Shown here: positions 29,643 to 41,600 of the stretch, one piece after another
How the letters are laid out: every line of letters starts with the position of its first letter
Numbering within the stretch: the first letter of the stretch is position 1
Source: Nanobdellota archaeon
Lineage (GTDB): Archaea; Nanobdellota; Nanobdellia; Parvarchaeales; Parvarchaeaceae
Assembly (NCBI GenBank): GCA_021794235.1
Contig: JAJYRE010000019.1
Span: 1 to 58,283 of the forward strand
Direction of reading: 5' to 3'
DNA length: 58,283 nucleotides
Notes under the pieces: generated by a model
What the model was told of the DNA's origin: nothing
The model's input: the letters and a program-made list of their open reading frames with translations, nothing else
Databases searched by the model: none
Translations under genes and position numbers: made by a program

Positions 29643-30941
29643 ATGAAAACTGCCCACGCAGCCGGGATATTAGTGATTGTCATCGCTGTTGTTGCTGTAG
29701 CAGTATTCTTCTTATACACACCAAGCGGTGCACAGAACAATGTCGTGGTTAGTCTTACAGACCCTGCAAACGTACCTTCTGGCACTCAGAGTCTTAACAT
29801 AACATATTCCAGCTTATCCGTTCACACTATAGGTGTTAACACAAGCGGCTGGACTAACTTTTCGAATACAGGTTCCGTCAATCTTTTGACGCTTGCAAAT
29901 TCAAGTATAACACTGGGTAGCTTTTCCGCTCCTAATGGCACTCTGATAAATCTGGTTAAGTTCAACGTTTCTTCCGCTAGCATAGCTATAAACAACACTA
30001 TATACCCGGTAACTCTTCCAAGTGGACAGATAGTGGCTCACATAAATGGTACTAAGATAGTAAACGGTACGGCAAAAGTGCTTATGGACCTTTCACCAAC
30101 CATCGTAACAATAGTCACGGCAAATTCAACCATATTCATAATGGTACCTTCGATAAGGGCGGTCTTGGTCCCCCATCCTGTAAGTGTAGACATAACGCCC
30201 GGTGCAATAGCGCAGCTGCATTCGCAGGATAGAATAAGACTTGAGGATATAACTCCTAATATCTCTATAACATCGGCATCTATATCCAATTTAAACAACA
30301 TCACAACCCTGCATGTGACTGTGAAGGACAACTCAAATACCAGCGTAGTTCTAAGGCACGTTTTGGTACTCGGTAACGAGTCATTGAATCTTCCAAAATT
30401 CAACATAACAGGAGTCCGTGAAGGATACAGGGGTAGCATAGAAGGCGGAGTCAGTATCGGACAGCCAAGCGGTATAACGATATCTGCTCGGGGTTACTCT
30501 TCAGATTTTACTAACGGCACGAATCAGACTTCTGGCAATCATTCAAATGAAACCATAGGAGCAACCAACGAAACCGAGATAGAGAACGAATTCATAAATA
30601 TGGGGCAGAACATTGCGAGAATGAGGACTCTAACATTCCAGATAAATTCAAACGGCACTCTTTTCATACCTTACCTGCAATGCACACAGCAAATTGGCGG
30701 AAATGGTGAGGACATAGGACCTACTCCTGCACATTCAGTGTGCCCTGCATACGTTAATTATTCTGCATTCAGGACAGGATTTGTTTTAAATTCCAATCAG
30801 AGTGTAACTCTTACATTCACCGGCTCACTGGTGCTCGGTGAAGGAAACTATCAGGTTAACGTAGTACCTGGAAACGCCTATAACCTAATAGTCCAGGGCG
30901 AAAACGGGGCAAGAGCCCAGACACTTGTCAACGCGACTTAA
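29643..30941 (+). CDS. DUF4382-like membrane-anchored surface protein
   Basis: N-terminal TM; VSLTDPANVP...LNITYSS..VH...GW...G-x-VNLL pattern; TATA tataaata ~20 nt upstream. Confidence 0.72.
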   Translation: MKTAHAAGILVIVIAVVAVAVFFLYTPSGAQNNVVVSLTDPANVPSGTQSLNITYSSLSVHTIGVNTSGWTNFSNTGSVNLLTLANSSITLGSFSAPNGTLINLVKFNVSSASIAINNTIYPVTLPSGQIVAHINGTKIVNGTAKVLMDLSPTIVTIVTANSTIFIMVPSIRAVLVPHPVSVDITPGAIAQLHSQDRIRLEDITPNISITSASISNLNNITTLHVTVKDNSNTSVVLRHVLVLGNESLNLPKFNITGVREGYRGSIEGGVSIGQPSGITISARGYSSDFTNGTNQTSGNHSNETIGATNETEIENEFINMGQNIARMRTLTFQINSNGTLFIPYLQCTQQIGGNGEDIGPTPAHSVCPAYVNYSAFRTGFVLNSNQSVTLTFTGSLVLGEGNYQVNVVPGNAYNLIVQGENGARAQTLVNAT

Positions 30942-31009
30942 GTAGATTACACCGGATCAAGAAATTTTCTGTTTTAACCTTTATATAGTGGTTCTAATCA
31001 TCTAATAAC

Positions 31010-31531
31010 ATGGCCGTTAAGATATCAGCTTACAGGATACTCATGGAGGAACTCCTCGATCTAACTAAGGAAAGGCACCCCATAAACATGTTTAATCCGT
31101 TCAGAAGCGACCATTCACCGCTTTCAGACAAGGAATACATTAAGATATCCGGCAGTGTCAACACCTTAAGGTCCTTCATGAAGGGCGGTGCAATATATGG
31201 AAAAGGAGAGCCGATAAATACGGGCAATCTTGCGATAAATAACGTTTATACCATTACGGACATTCTTACAGCAAGAAAAGATGAAGTTCTATCCGAGCTT
31301 GAAAACGTTCTTGATGTGTTTAAATCCCATAAAATAATGCCGGCGCTATACGACACTTTTAACAAGGTTTTTGACCAGATGGACCTCGTACCCAGCAAGG
31401 ACACAAAGGATGCGCTGGAATATTTTGATTCCATAACCGACGACAATGATCGGATACATAGATGGTGGCAATACTCCTGGGAAGACATAAAGGAGAAAAA
31501 GGCAGCCGGCAGCAACTGGCATTATCATTGA
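31010..31531 (+). CDS. Hypothetical protein
   Basis: 173-aa ORF with TATA (tttatatag) at ~30980. Confidence 0.65.
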   Translation: MAVKISAYRILMEELLDLTKERHPINMFNPFRSDHSPLSDKEYIKISGSVNTLRSFMKGGAIYGKGEPINTGNLAINNVYTITDILTARKDEVLSELENVLDVFKSHKIMPALYDTFNKVFDQMDLVPSKDTKDALEYFDSITDDNDRIHRWWQYSWEDIKEKKAAGSNWHYH

Positions 31532-31545
31532 ACCTTGGCAACAGT

Positions 31546-32730
31546 TTACTGTTTGTAATCTGGAAAATCAGCAACCCTTATTGTGTGATACCTTTCATTA
31601 GGCATCTGCCATCTTCTAACTACATTTACGGAGGTGCTGTCCGCGTGTTCAAACGCCGGGTAGCCGAGTTTGAAGGTCCTTAGACCATCTTCGGTTCTTA
31701 TATTTAATCTTGTCCGTCTAGCTCCCAGCAGCGAAAAGAACTCCTCCGGTCCGGCACCGCCCAGCGTGAGGTAATCCGTGCCTATCTCTTTTGCCAAGTA
31801 TATATTGAAAAGAATGCCTGCCTTCAATGCACCTATATATCCGATAGTCGACCAGTCCATCAATCCGTGGTAATACCGCTTGTTTATGGTAACGCCCTCC
31901 AACAGTTCCATAAACAGGTGTGTGCTGCCCTGCCTGTCAACGCAGACAAAATCCCTGCCGAACCCAACAACTTCCTTATTCAGCGATACAGTATATACTA
32001 TGGTTCCGGAATTCTTTGTGAAGTCGTTGTAGGTGTTTATAGCGAGATTTTTTGCATCATCTTCTCTCCAGCAGATCCTGGATTTCTTTGCCATGTTCAT
32101 GACTTTAGTGTATTTATCCCTTGTCGATAGAACATTTATCTCATAGTTGTTGTAAGTTGCATCCAGTATTGCTTCCAGTTCCGGATCGTCCTTTGTATCC
32201 TGTCTTTTTATTTTTCCTGAAATCTCGGACAGCCAGTCGACTATATGCATCTCCGATTTCGGTATATTAAACATAGATAACTCCTTCAGCATCCTATCAG
32301 GGTAGCTCAGCATGCTTTTTTCATAGAAGTTAATCTTGTTGTTTAGGAGATTGTCGTATGCGACACCATCAACCGCGGATGTTACACCCGATTTTAACTT
32401 GGATATGGTATCCAGTGGCACCTCATCAAACAGGTATTCCGACGGTGTAAGGATGCGCATCGTCCATTTCTCATCGAATTTCTGCAGACTGGTTATCGGA
32501 AAGCCCTTTTTACCGAGTTTTTTGTACAGGTCAAGCACTTTGTCGGAAGAAGTGGATATGACCACGCCCTTTCGGTCCCCCATAAGCGCCAGTTCTCTGG
32601 AATCAGGAGAAACAAACAGTGATCTTAACCGGCTTCTTTTTCCCGAACTGTTGACTCTGAAATTCTCATCAATAAGAATACGTTCAAGGTCCTTTCTGAA
32701 CTTCTCTTTTCCGTCTGCGGATGAATACAT
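31546..32730 (-). CDS. Hypothetical protein (possible GNAT-like C-terminal half)
   Basis: 394-aa ORF; TIVYTV..NKEVVGFGR...HLFMELLEG...AKEIG-x-x-x-L-x-L pattern is weakly GNAT-like. Confidence 0.65.
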   Translation of the reverse strand: MYSSADGKEKFRKDLERILIDENFRVNSSGKRSRLRSLFVSPDSRELALMGDRKGVVISTSSDKVLDLYKKLGKKGFPITSLQKFDEKWTMRILTPSEYLFDEVPLDTISKLKSGVTSAVDGVAYDNLLNNKINFYEKSMLSYPDRMLKELSMFNIPKSEMHIVDWLSEISGKIKRQDTKDDPELEAILDATYNNYEINVLSTRDKYTKVMNMAKKSRICWREDDAKNLAINTYNDFTKNSGTIVYTVSLNKEVVGFGRDFVCVDRQGSTHLFMELLEGVTINKRYYHGLMDWSTIGYIGALKAGILFNIYLAKEIGTDYLTLGGAGPEEFFSLLGARRTRLNIRTEDGLRTFKLGYPAFEHADSTSVNVVRRWQMPNERYHTIRVADFPDYKQ

Positions 32731-32826
32731 ACTTATGATACATCTGTTAGATTGGAAGGTCTATATATAATTTAGGCTTCACTTCAGACAAATTACTATA
32801 TAATATTCCAGTTACATCTAAATATA

Positions 32827-33045
32827 ATGATAACGGAGAAACTTACAAAATCCAAGAAAATAGCGCTGATGTCGGTAGTGATTACTTATTTTGTGGTCGG
32901 CTTTCTTCTGCTTGTAATATATCTAAGCTATCTTATCGGTGCAAATCTGGCCGGATTCGCATCCCTGATGTATCTTATACTCGGATGGTACATCATGATC
33001 AAGAAAAACGGCCTTTTTTACGTAATGAAAATAAAGCACGATTGA
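32827..33045 (+). CDS. Small two-TM membrane protein
   Basis: 72 aa with two hydrophobic helices; 6 nt upstream of the glycosylase gene. Confidence 0.65.
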   Translation: MITEKLTKSKKIALMSVVITYFVVGFLLLVIYLSYLIGANLAGFASLMYLILGWYIMIKKNGLFYVMKIKHD

Positions 33046-33051
33046 GAGTTT

Positions 33052-34008
33052 ATGGAACTATCCGAATATTTTTCCTTTAAACTAAAGCCGAGACCACCCT
33101 ACAACGTGACCCTTACTATAAAGAAGCCTGCAGGATGGGATCTTTTTACCCCAGAAGAGATGATGGAAGGGGATTCTCTCTACACCGCCCTGTATGTAGG
33201 CTCAGTACCTGTTGGGCTGAGGATATACGGGAACACGAACGCCAGGGATCCCGTTTTGAAGATCGTCGCATACACACAAAAACGGGCGGACAGCAGACTT
33301 AGAAGGGAGATCAAGGAATCTCTTGCGTTCCGTCTAAATGTAAACGGAGACCTGTCAGAATTCTATAGGTTCGCATCTAAAGACAGCATACTAAGACATG
33401 CTGTAAAAGACCTGTACGGAATGCACGACACTATAATGGCAAACCTTTTTTCAGCCTGCATACTGGGAGTGTGTCTGCAGATGGCCCCCCTGAAGAGGTC
33501 ACAGCAGATGATGGAGAATATACTGACAAATTACGGAAAGACTCTAAAGTTTTGTAATAAGACAATGAGACTGTGGCCGCTACCTTCTGATATACGGAAG
33601 ATAGCGACTAGTACGCTCGCCAAAAAATGTAAACTCGGATACAGGGCAAAATTTATTACGGGCATTTCAAGAGTCCTTAGCAAGGGAGACTTTCCCCCGG
33701 TAGAAATAATCAGTCAAATGACTGGCGAAGAAGCGAAAAAGAAGGTTATGGAGCTCCCGGGCATAGGCGATTACGCCTCGGACATAGTCCTTCCCCACGG
33801 CGGTTTTCCCATAGACGCATGGTCGGTAGAGGTATTCGGAGAACTGTTCTTCGGCAAGAAACCTAGCGAGAACAGATCGGCTATAGAACGCGTCAAAAAT
33901 GCGGGAATAAAAAGATTCGGCGGGTGGAGCTGGATGGCTTTCTTCTACGTAGTAAACGACCTTGGAAATCTTTCCAAAAAACTGGGCGTTAATCTACGGC
34001 TGGAATAA
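33052..34008 (+). CDS. HhH-GPD DNA glycosylase (AlkA/Ogg-like)
   Basis: KLGYRAKFI, HhH motif ELPGIGDYAS, catalytic FPIDAW. Confidence 0.85.
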   Translation: MELSEYFSFKLKPRPPYNVTLTIKKPAGWDLFTPEEMMEGDSLYTALYVGSVPVGLRIYGNTNARDPVLKIVAYTQKRADSRLRREIKESLAFRLNVNGDLSEFYRFASKDSILRHAVKDLYGMHDTIMANLFSACILGVCLQMAPLKRSQQMMENILTNYGKTLKFCNKTMRLWPLPSDIRKIATSTLAKKCKLGYRAKFITGISRVLSKGDFPPVEIISQMTGEEAKKKVMELPGIGDYASDIVLPHGGFPIDAWSVEVFGELFFGKKPSENRSAIERVKNAGIKRFGGWSWMAFFYVVNDLGNLSKKLGVNLRLE

Positions 34009-34047
34009 ACAATGAGATATTTAAGTTATAGACTCTTAATTAATAAA

Positions 34048-34770
34048 ATGAACACGAACGGGTTGGTCAGCCTTCACTTTGATATGGGAGGACTGCCAAT
34101 GACCGACAGCTCGACAGATAACCAGCGGCCTAATCCCGACATCTCAGAACACAGAAGAACCCTGGATATATTACTGATACATTCCATGTCCTCAACGAAT
34201 AAAGATCTGGGACAGTTATACAATGTGCGGCATTCGTACGCTTTCCGCGAGCCGAATCTTTACAACGGGGAAGTGTTCGACGACGTGCGTATCATAACAA
34301 GGCGTGTGAACAGAGTGTCTACTATGGAAAATTTTCTAGGCTACAAGTTTAATTTTATGGATAGTGTGAATGTAACAGCACCAGCCAATCACCTTATAAA
34401 ATCAGAATATCTGATGGGCGCTTTTCCTGTCGATACTTACAAGAATGGGCGCGAGATCGTAAAGAAGTACGTCCTATTAAGTCACTTCGGGCTTGAATTC
34501 AGTTCCATGGACGCGACTATGAAAACCCATGACATAGACGTGACACTGTTCTATAGAAGAACTGGAAACACGCTCATGGCAAGGGTTGTTTACGACAGTG
34601 AACTTGTCATAAATGTTGACAGCAGAGGGCGCTACAGCATACGAAAAGCCGGGTTGTCAGGCGTCTTTCACAGCGAGTCTAGTGGAAACCTACTTTCTGA
34701 AAAAGACCAAACGCTATCCGTGGACACCGCTACTCCGATAAGGATAAGCGCCGAACAGGACCGCCTTTGA
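34048..34770 (+). CDS. Hypothetical protein (start uncertain: 34012, 34048 or 34099)
   Basis: Long ORF; no recognised domain. Confidence 0.6.
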   Translation: MNTNGLVSLHFDMGGLPMTDSSTDNQRPNPDISEHRRTLDILLIHSMSSTNKDLGQLYNVRHSYAFREPNLYNGEVFDDVRIITRRVNRVSTMENFLGYKFNFMDSVNVTAPANHLIKSEYLMGAFPVDTYKNGREIVKKYVLLSHFGLEFSSMDATMKTHDIDVTLFYRRTGNTLMARVVYDSELVINVDSRGRYSIRKAGLSGVFHSESSGNLLSEKDQTLSVDTATPIRISAEQDRL

Positions 34771-34774
34771 ACCT

Positions 34775-35557
34775 ATGTTAATAGCGTTTGTAGTAATACC
34801 TCTTTTTGCAATGGCTGTTGCATTCATAAGCAACATGGCGGGACTCGGCGGGGGCGCACTGCTGGTTCTCTTTTTCCTGTACTACCTCGGACTCGGCTCC
34901 GTAGCCGCCGGCGGCCTCAGCCTTATCAGCATAGCGACCAGCTCCATAGTTGGATCTTCATCCAATATAAGACAGGGTCAGGTAAGCATCGGATTATTCA
35001 AGGTTCTGCTTGTATTCTCCTCGATAGGGATAGTACTCGGATCTGTACTCAGCCTAGTGGTCCCAACCGACATATTCAAGGGGATATTCGGCTTCATTCC
35101 GATATCCGTCGGGATAGCGTCAATCATTCTTATCCTAAAAGACAGGAAATTCAAAAAATATACAGAACCCAAGTCGTATTTTGACAGAGGTGTAACTTCG
35201 GCCGCTCTGGTCGCTGGAACTTTGTCCGGATTCACAGGACTGGGCATTGGAGGTATTACCGGGACTTACCTGACATCCATGCGCAGAATGAAGCCAAAAC
35301 TGGTATTTTCAACAATAGTCTTTACCATGATAATCACATCCATGCTCGGAGGGCTCATACATCTCGGGTCATTTAATTTTCCCCTGGACACAGTACAGTA
35401 TATACCTCTGCTTATGGCCGGCGCCGCAGCAGGCGGTTTCATAGGGGCAAGAGTGTCGGGAATCGTAAAATCTAAGTCCCTTAGGATGTTTCAGGCGGTA
35501 ACTCTTATAATTATCGGTATAATCGCCGTTTCCATATATTTGGTTACTCACATCTGA
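34775..35557 (+). CDS. TauE/SafE (TSUP) family membrane transporter
   Basis: Two GLGGG/GLGIGG repeats; ~8 TM helices. Confidence 0.88.
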   Translation: MLIAFVVIPLFAMAVAFISNMAGLGGGALLVLFFLYYLGLGSVAAGGLSLISIATSSIVGSSSNIRQGQVSIGLFKVLLVFSSIGIVLGSVLSLVVPTDIFKGIFGFIPISVGIASIILILKDRKFKKYTEPKSYFDRGVTSAALVAGTLSGFTGLGIGGITGTYLTSMRRMKPKLVFSTIVFTMIITSMLGGLIHLGSFNFPLDTVQYIPLLMAGAAAGGFIGARVSGIVKSKSLRMFQAVTLIIIGIIAVSIYLVTHI

Positions 35558-35649
35558 CGTAGGCTGTTAAAAAATAAGTTATTTGGAAAACGTTATAAAC
35601 TAAAAAGTTGTATTTTTAGTATCATATCAATTATAATACAAATGATAAT

Positions 35650-38600
35650 ATGGCTAAACGCAGCAGACATAGTACTAAAAAACATTATAATGTGCATTTC
35701 ACAGCATTTTTGATAGTCCTTGTCATCATGTTTATTGCTTTGTTCTTTCTGGCTACTCAAAGCAATCTCTTGAACGTCAATGTACTCGGCCTTGTGACAC
35801 AGACTATACACAGCATTATCTCTCCACCGCAGAACATAAGCACTTCACCACCATCCAATACAACAAACACAACCCTAATCACCCCAAGGTTTACGCTTTT
35901 CTATGAAAAGGGTCTGCCATCATCCACATTATGGTCCATCTCCTCCGGTACAAACATCCAGTATTCCAACGTGAATCTGATAAACTTCTCTTCAACCGGG
36001 GCATTAGTATCGTTTACGGTCAATAAGGTAATAATAAACGGCTGCGTGTTTACACCAGTACCTTTTTCTGCAGCCACCGCGTCCGGCTCCACAAATCAGA
36101 TAGTCTTCTCATCCAGCTGTACAACTACGTTTACAGAGTTGGGGCTGCCGAATGATACTGCGTGGGGGATGTCTTACAGCAATCTAACCAGAAACAGTTC
36201 TTCGGATTCCATAGGCTTTGATACCGGCTATGGGACTTTCAATTTTAATGTATTCCAGTCATCAAATTCGAGTTGTGCGTATGCACCATATCCCTTATCC
36301 GGCAGTCTTCAGGCAGGATCGTCCAAAACAATAGTCTTCCTGTCTTTATGCGCAAATTCAACAAATAGCGGAGTAGTATTTGCAGAGACCGGCCTGCCAA
36401 CCGGATATAACTGGAGCGTTACTTATGATAACACAACTCTGAGTTCAGTTAATCCATTTATAAAATTCAGCACAGTATCAGGTCATATTTATCCCTTCTT
36501 CAACACATCATCAATCAATAGAAACGGCTGCGTGTTTACGCCAAGCCCTCAGAGCGGAGGAGCTATCCCAGGAGAAACTGTAGCAATAAACTTCACATCC
36601 GAGTGTAACACCTCATTTCAGGAGACCGGCCTGCCATTCGGCTTAAACTGGAAAGTGTCTTATAACGGCTTAACGGAATCTTCAAACAGTACCTCCTTAA
36701 ATTTCAACACATCCTACTCAACTTCTCCCGCAACAGTAAACAACGTAATCGTCGGTAACTGTACATACATCCCATCTTTGAATTATTCCGGTAGTATCGC
36801 ATCAGGATCGGCGGTCAGCGTACTCTTCAAATCCAGCTGTGTTTCAACTTTTACGGAGAAAAACCTGCCGAGCGGTCTATCTTGGACCGTAAATTATGAT
36901 AACAAGGTAGTAACATCATACTCTAACAAGATCCAAGTCATTACTCCCAACATAACAACTAACTTCACCATAGAAACAACTGTTAATGGCGGTTGCATAT
37001 ATACCCCTACTCCAAATAACGGGAACCTCAGCAGCGGTTCCGGACAAAGTGTAGTTTTCGCACAAGCGTGTCATACTGTTTTCACATCAACCGGTCTGCC
37101 ATCAGGAATTTCCTGGGCCGTAGAATACGATGGGAGCACAAGAGACGGCGGGTATAATTCTTCTATAGAATTTCCATACTACGCAAACACTACTTTTGGA
37201 TTCAATGTTTCTACAATACGCTTAGGCAACTGTACTTACACCCCTTCACCCCAGAATGGAACTATACAAGGGGGTGCACTCCAGAATATTGTATTCAGCG
37301 CGGCCTGCAGTACTAGTTTCTATGAGAGCGGCCTACCATCAGGGGACTCCTGGGCTGTAACATATGACAATAATACACTATCATCAACATCAACATCCGT
37401 TGTTTTCAATGGAATAAACGGATCCTATAAATACAATTTATCGGATGTCCCAATCTCTGGCGGCTGTTATTACGCACCAAGCCCTTCCTCCGGAACGCTT
37501 ACAGCAGGGTCGAATATTAGCATACTGTATAGTAACGTGTGTACTACTACCTTTATAGACCCTGGCCTCCCACAGGGGGCAAACTGGACGGTGACGTTTG
37601 CAGGCGCAACTAAACACACTTTGCAGCAGAATGTCTCATTTGTTCTATCACCTGGAAAGTATTATTATCAGATATCACAAACATCGTTCGGGGGATGTAC
37701 CTACGCACCAAATGAGACGTCCGGTTCCACGAGTGTCGGCCAGGATGTGCATGTTACATTCAACCTCACCAGCTGCGATACGGTATTTAGTGAGAGCGGT
37801 CTGCCTTCCGGTTCCTCATGGCAGGTGAAATATGACGGCAGCAGCGTTGACTCGCAGTCGAGTTCTATATCCTTCAACAATCTACCGGGCAATTACAGCT
37901 TCTCTATAAGTCCAATCGTGCTAGGAACATGTACCTTTGCGCCAAACGAGTCCAGCGGCGTCATCGGGGCGGGTTCAACGCCTGCAATTCATTTTAACAG
38001 TTCCTGCTACACTGATTTTTACGAGAACGGCCTACCATCAAAAAGCCTATGGACCGTAAACTATTCGGATAAAAACACATCATCAGTGGGTACCTCCATG
38101 TCAATAAGCACCCCTTACTCCACTTATCCATACTCTGTCTACAATATCAGCGCAGGCCCCGACTGCTATTACATACCACAACCTTCGACAGGAACGGATT
38201 CGGCCGGTACATCCGTAACAATAACCTATGTAAGGGAGTGCGTCTCTACCTTTAAGGAGACCGGACTCTACGCCGGAACTCCCTGGTCCGTTGTGTATAA
38301 CGGGATAAACGCATCTTCAAGGTCTTCCAGCATATCCATACTTGGGGTCCCAGGAAACTACTCGTATAAGATAGTAAATGCTTATGGCTACGGATGCGAG
38401 TTTGTCCCTAACGAGACCAGTTCATCACTCGTTTCTGGGAACAACGTCAGTCTGAGTTTCAACGCGACTTCGTGCACCACCACTCTAACTGAAAAGGGTC
38501 TGCCATCCGGACAGTCTTGGAATGCTACCTTTTTGGCATTTAATTCCACCAATAGCAATACAGTATCCTTTGTTACAGGAGCCGGTAATTACAGTCTTTT

Positions 38601-41600
38601 AGTTCCACACCTTAACCTCAGTAATTGTATATTCGAAGCCTCTCCCCCGTCTGTTATTAGGGCAGGCACATCACTCAATCTTCAATTCCACGCTACATGT
38701 TATTCGAATATAACAGAGAGCGGCCTTCCCAACGGAACCAAATGGACTCTGAACCTGACTCCATCGTACAACTCTCTCGGATATCAGACATATCCGGACC
38801 AGGTATACTCAACCCAAAAAAGTTATATAGAATGGATCTCGGTAAACAGCACAAGAAATTTTGTAATAGACACTATTCCTATAAATCAAAAGTGCCACTA
38901 TGAACCGCAGCCATCATCCGGAAGCGTCACTGCTGGACATAACATGCACATCTCGTTCTACAATAGTTGTATAACGAATTTCTATGAGAAAGGCCTGCCT
39001 TCAGGCTCAAAATGGGCCGTCGACTATAACGGGATAAACGCAACCTCAACCTCAACTATAATATCGTTTACTACAGCAGTCGGCGTCTATTCTTTCAGGG
39101 TATACGGCGTGATATTTGGCGGATGCTATTATCTGCCAAACATGACATCCGGAACGATAAATTCCAGTTCTACTATAGGGATAGGTTTTGTAAAAAAGTA
39201 TTGTACCACCCTCTTCACAGAGAGCGGCCTTCCAAGCGGATACAAATGGAATGTTACATATAATTCAACAGTGCTATCATCCACCTCCTCATCAATATCC
39301 TTTAATACAACGCCATCCTCTTCAGCATTGTCTTATGTAGTGTCACCTACACATCTCAGTTCTGGCAACTGCTACGTTAATATTACATCCGGAAACGGTA
39401 CGGCCGTTCCCGGTTCGACAGTGTCGCTGCAGTATATAAATTCATGTGAAACAACATTCACGGAGGCTGGGCTGCCTTCTGGTGATACCTGGACCGTAAG
39501 CTATGGAGGGTTCACTAACAGCTCATCCACTTCTTCCATTATAATATATGCACTGCCCGGTGCTCACACCTTTACCCCTTCCATCGTAGGTGCCGGCAGC
39601 GGATGCTTCTACCAACCCTCACCCGTTTCAGGCAGTCTGTCTGCAGGCAGTTCCTCTTCAATAACATACTCTTTGGAGTGCAATACGACATTCACTGAAT
39701 TGGGTCTTCCAGGATCTGCACGTTGGAGTGTGGACTTCGGAGGTTCTAACCATAGTGCGACATCTTCTTCGATAGTATTTACAACATCTACCGGCAGCAA
39801 CAGTTTTACCGTTCCAAGTGTAAATTTTGCTTCCTGTTCTTACCTGCCGTCCCCCTCATCCGGCACCAGTGTAGCAGGGGGCAACACTACAGTCTCGTTT
39901 ACAGAAAACACCTGCAATACTACATTTTATGAAAAGGGTCTGCCGACCAAAACTACGTGGACGATAAAATACGATGGTATACAGGTATCCCCTTCGAATA
40001 ATAATATCACACTGACGACACCTGCCGGCATATTCGTTTTGGACGCATACAAGGTAAAAATATCTGGATGTGTGTACTCTCCGAGTACCTATTCCAGTGA
40101 CATAGCTGCAGGATCGCAGTTCACTATCGACTTTACAGCTTCATGCTCGACAAACTTCACAGAGAGCGGCCTTCCTCCTTCAACATACTGGTTTGTAGAT
40201 TACAACGGCACATCAGTTTCATCAAATACATCTATGGTTTCAATACCCAGCCAGAACGGTATTTATTCATACAGCGTTGCATATGTCGGTAACTCCAGCT
40301 GCTACTATTCCCCATCACCGTCTTCCGGTAACCTGGTGGCAGGCTCGGCTCTCGGTGTAACGTATACCGGGGGATGTACGACAACTTTTTACGAGAATGG
40401 GCTGCCACTCAACACAAACTGGACCGTAAGCTATAATGGATCCTCCTTGCATTCAACTGCCAGAAGCATGCAGTTTGTAACGGGTCCTGGAAACCACTCG
40501 TACAGCATATCAAACATAACTGTAGACAACTGCCTATATGTCGGCGTGCCCTCATCCGGCAATGCATCGGCAGGATCAAGTATCACGGTGGTGTTCAATC
40601 AAACCGAATGTAGTACGGTATTCAAGGCCAGAGGCTTAGCCAGCGGACTTAACTGGACCATAAACTTTGGCGATTCCAATTACACACAGTCATCTTCATC
40701 AGTCACAGTGACAACAAGACCCGGTCCGGTTAATCTTACAGCATATTCGATAACTAGTAACAACTGTACATTCAACCCATCGCCATCGTCTGCCAAGATA
40801 GCTGCAGGATCATCGATATACATAAACTACACCTCATCCTGTATAACCTCTTTCGTAGAAAAGGGTCTGCCGTCAGGGATAACCTGGAGTGCCAAATACG
40901 ATGGAATTACAAACTATTCTTCTACAAGCGGCATTAGTATAACATCGATATATGGAAACTTCACTTTTAATATTCCGCGTATCCAGGTATCTGCTAACTG
41001 CTATCTGACTCCTAATCCGGATACCGGACATTTGGTTTCAGGAGGCGCCGTATCGGTCAATTTTTCTACGTATTGTCTTTCTCAGTTCTCGGAGAGCGGC
41101 CTTCCCACCGGTCTAAAGTGGTCGGTAACCTACGATAGCATTACAAACTCATCGAATTCTGCAGATATGTTGTTTAATGTACTGTCCGGAAATTATTCCT
41201 ATTCTATAAAAGCTATAAAGGATGGGAATTGCTTCTACACTCCTAATTCATCCAGCGGATATGTAAATGCAGGCGGATATACCAGTGTAAAGTTTACGGA
41301 ATCTGCATGTACCTCCTATTTCTCGGAGAGCGGCCTGCCTTCTGGAACTTTCTGGAATGTAACATTCGATTCGCTGATAAACACCTCCACAAAACCGATA
41401 ATACAGTTGAACACCTCCAATGGACAGTATCCGTTCTCGATACCAAGCCAGATAGTTGCGGGATGCACATACGTGCCTGTTCCAGCTTCTGGTGATATTG
41501 GTGCCGGTTCAAATACCTCTATTACATTCAATCGTGACTATTGCATTTCCCATTTCAATGAGATCGGGCTACCTAGCGGTTTTGACTGGAATGTTACATT

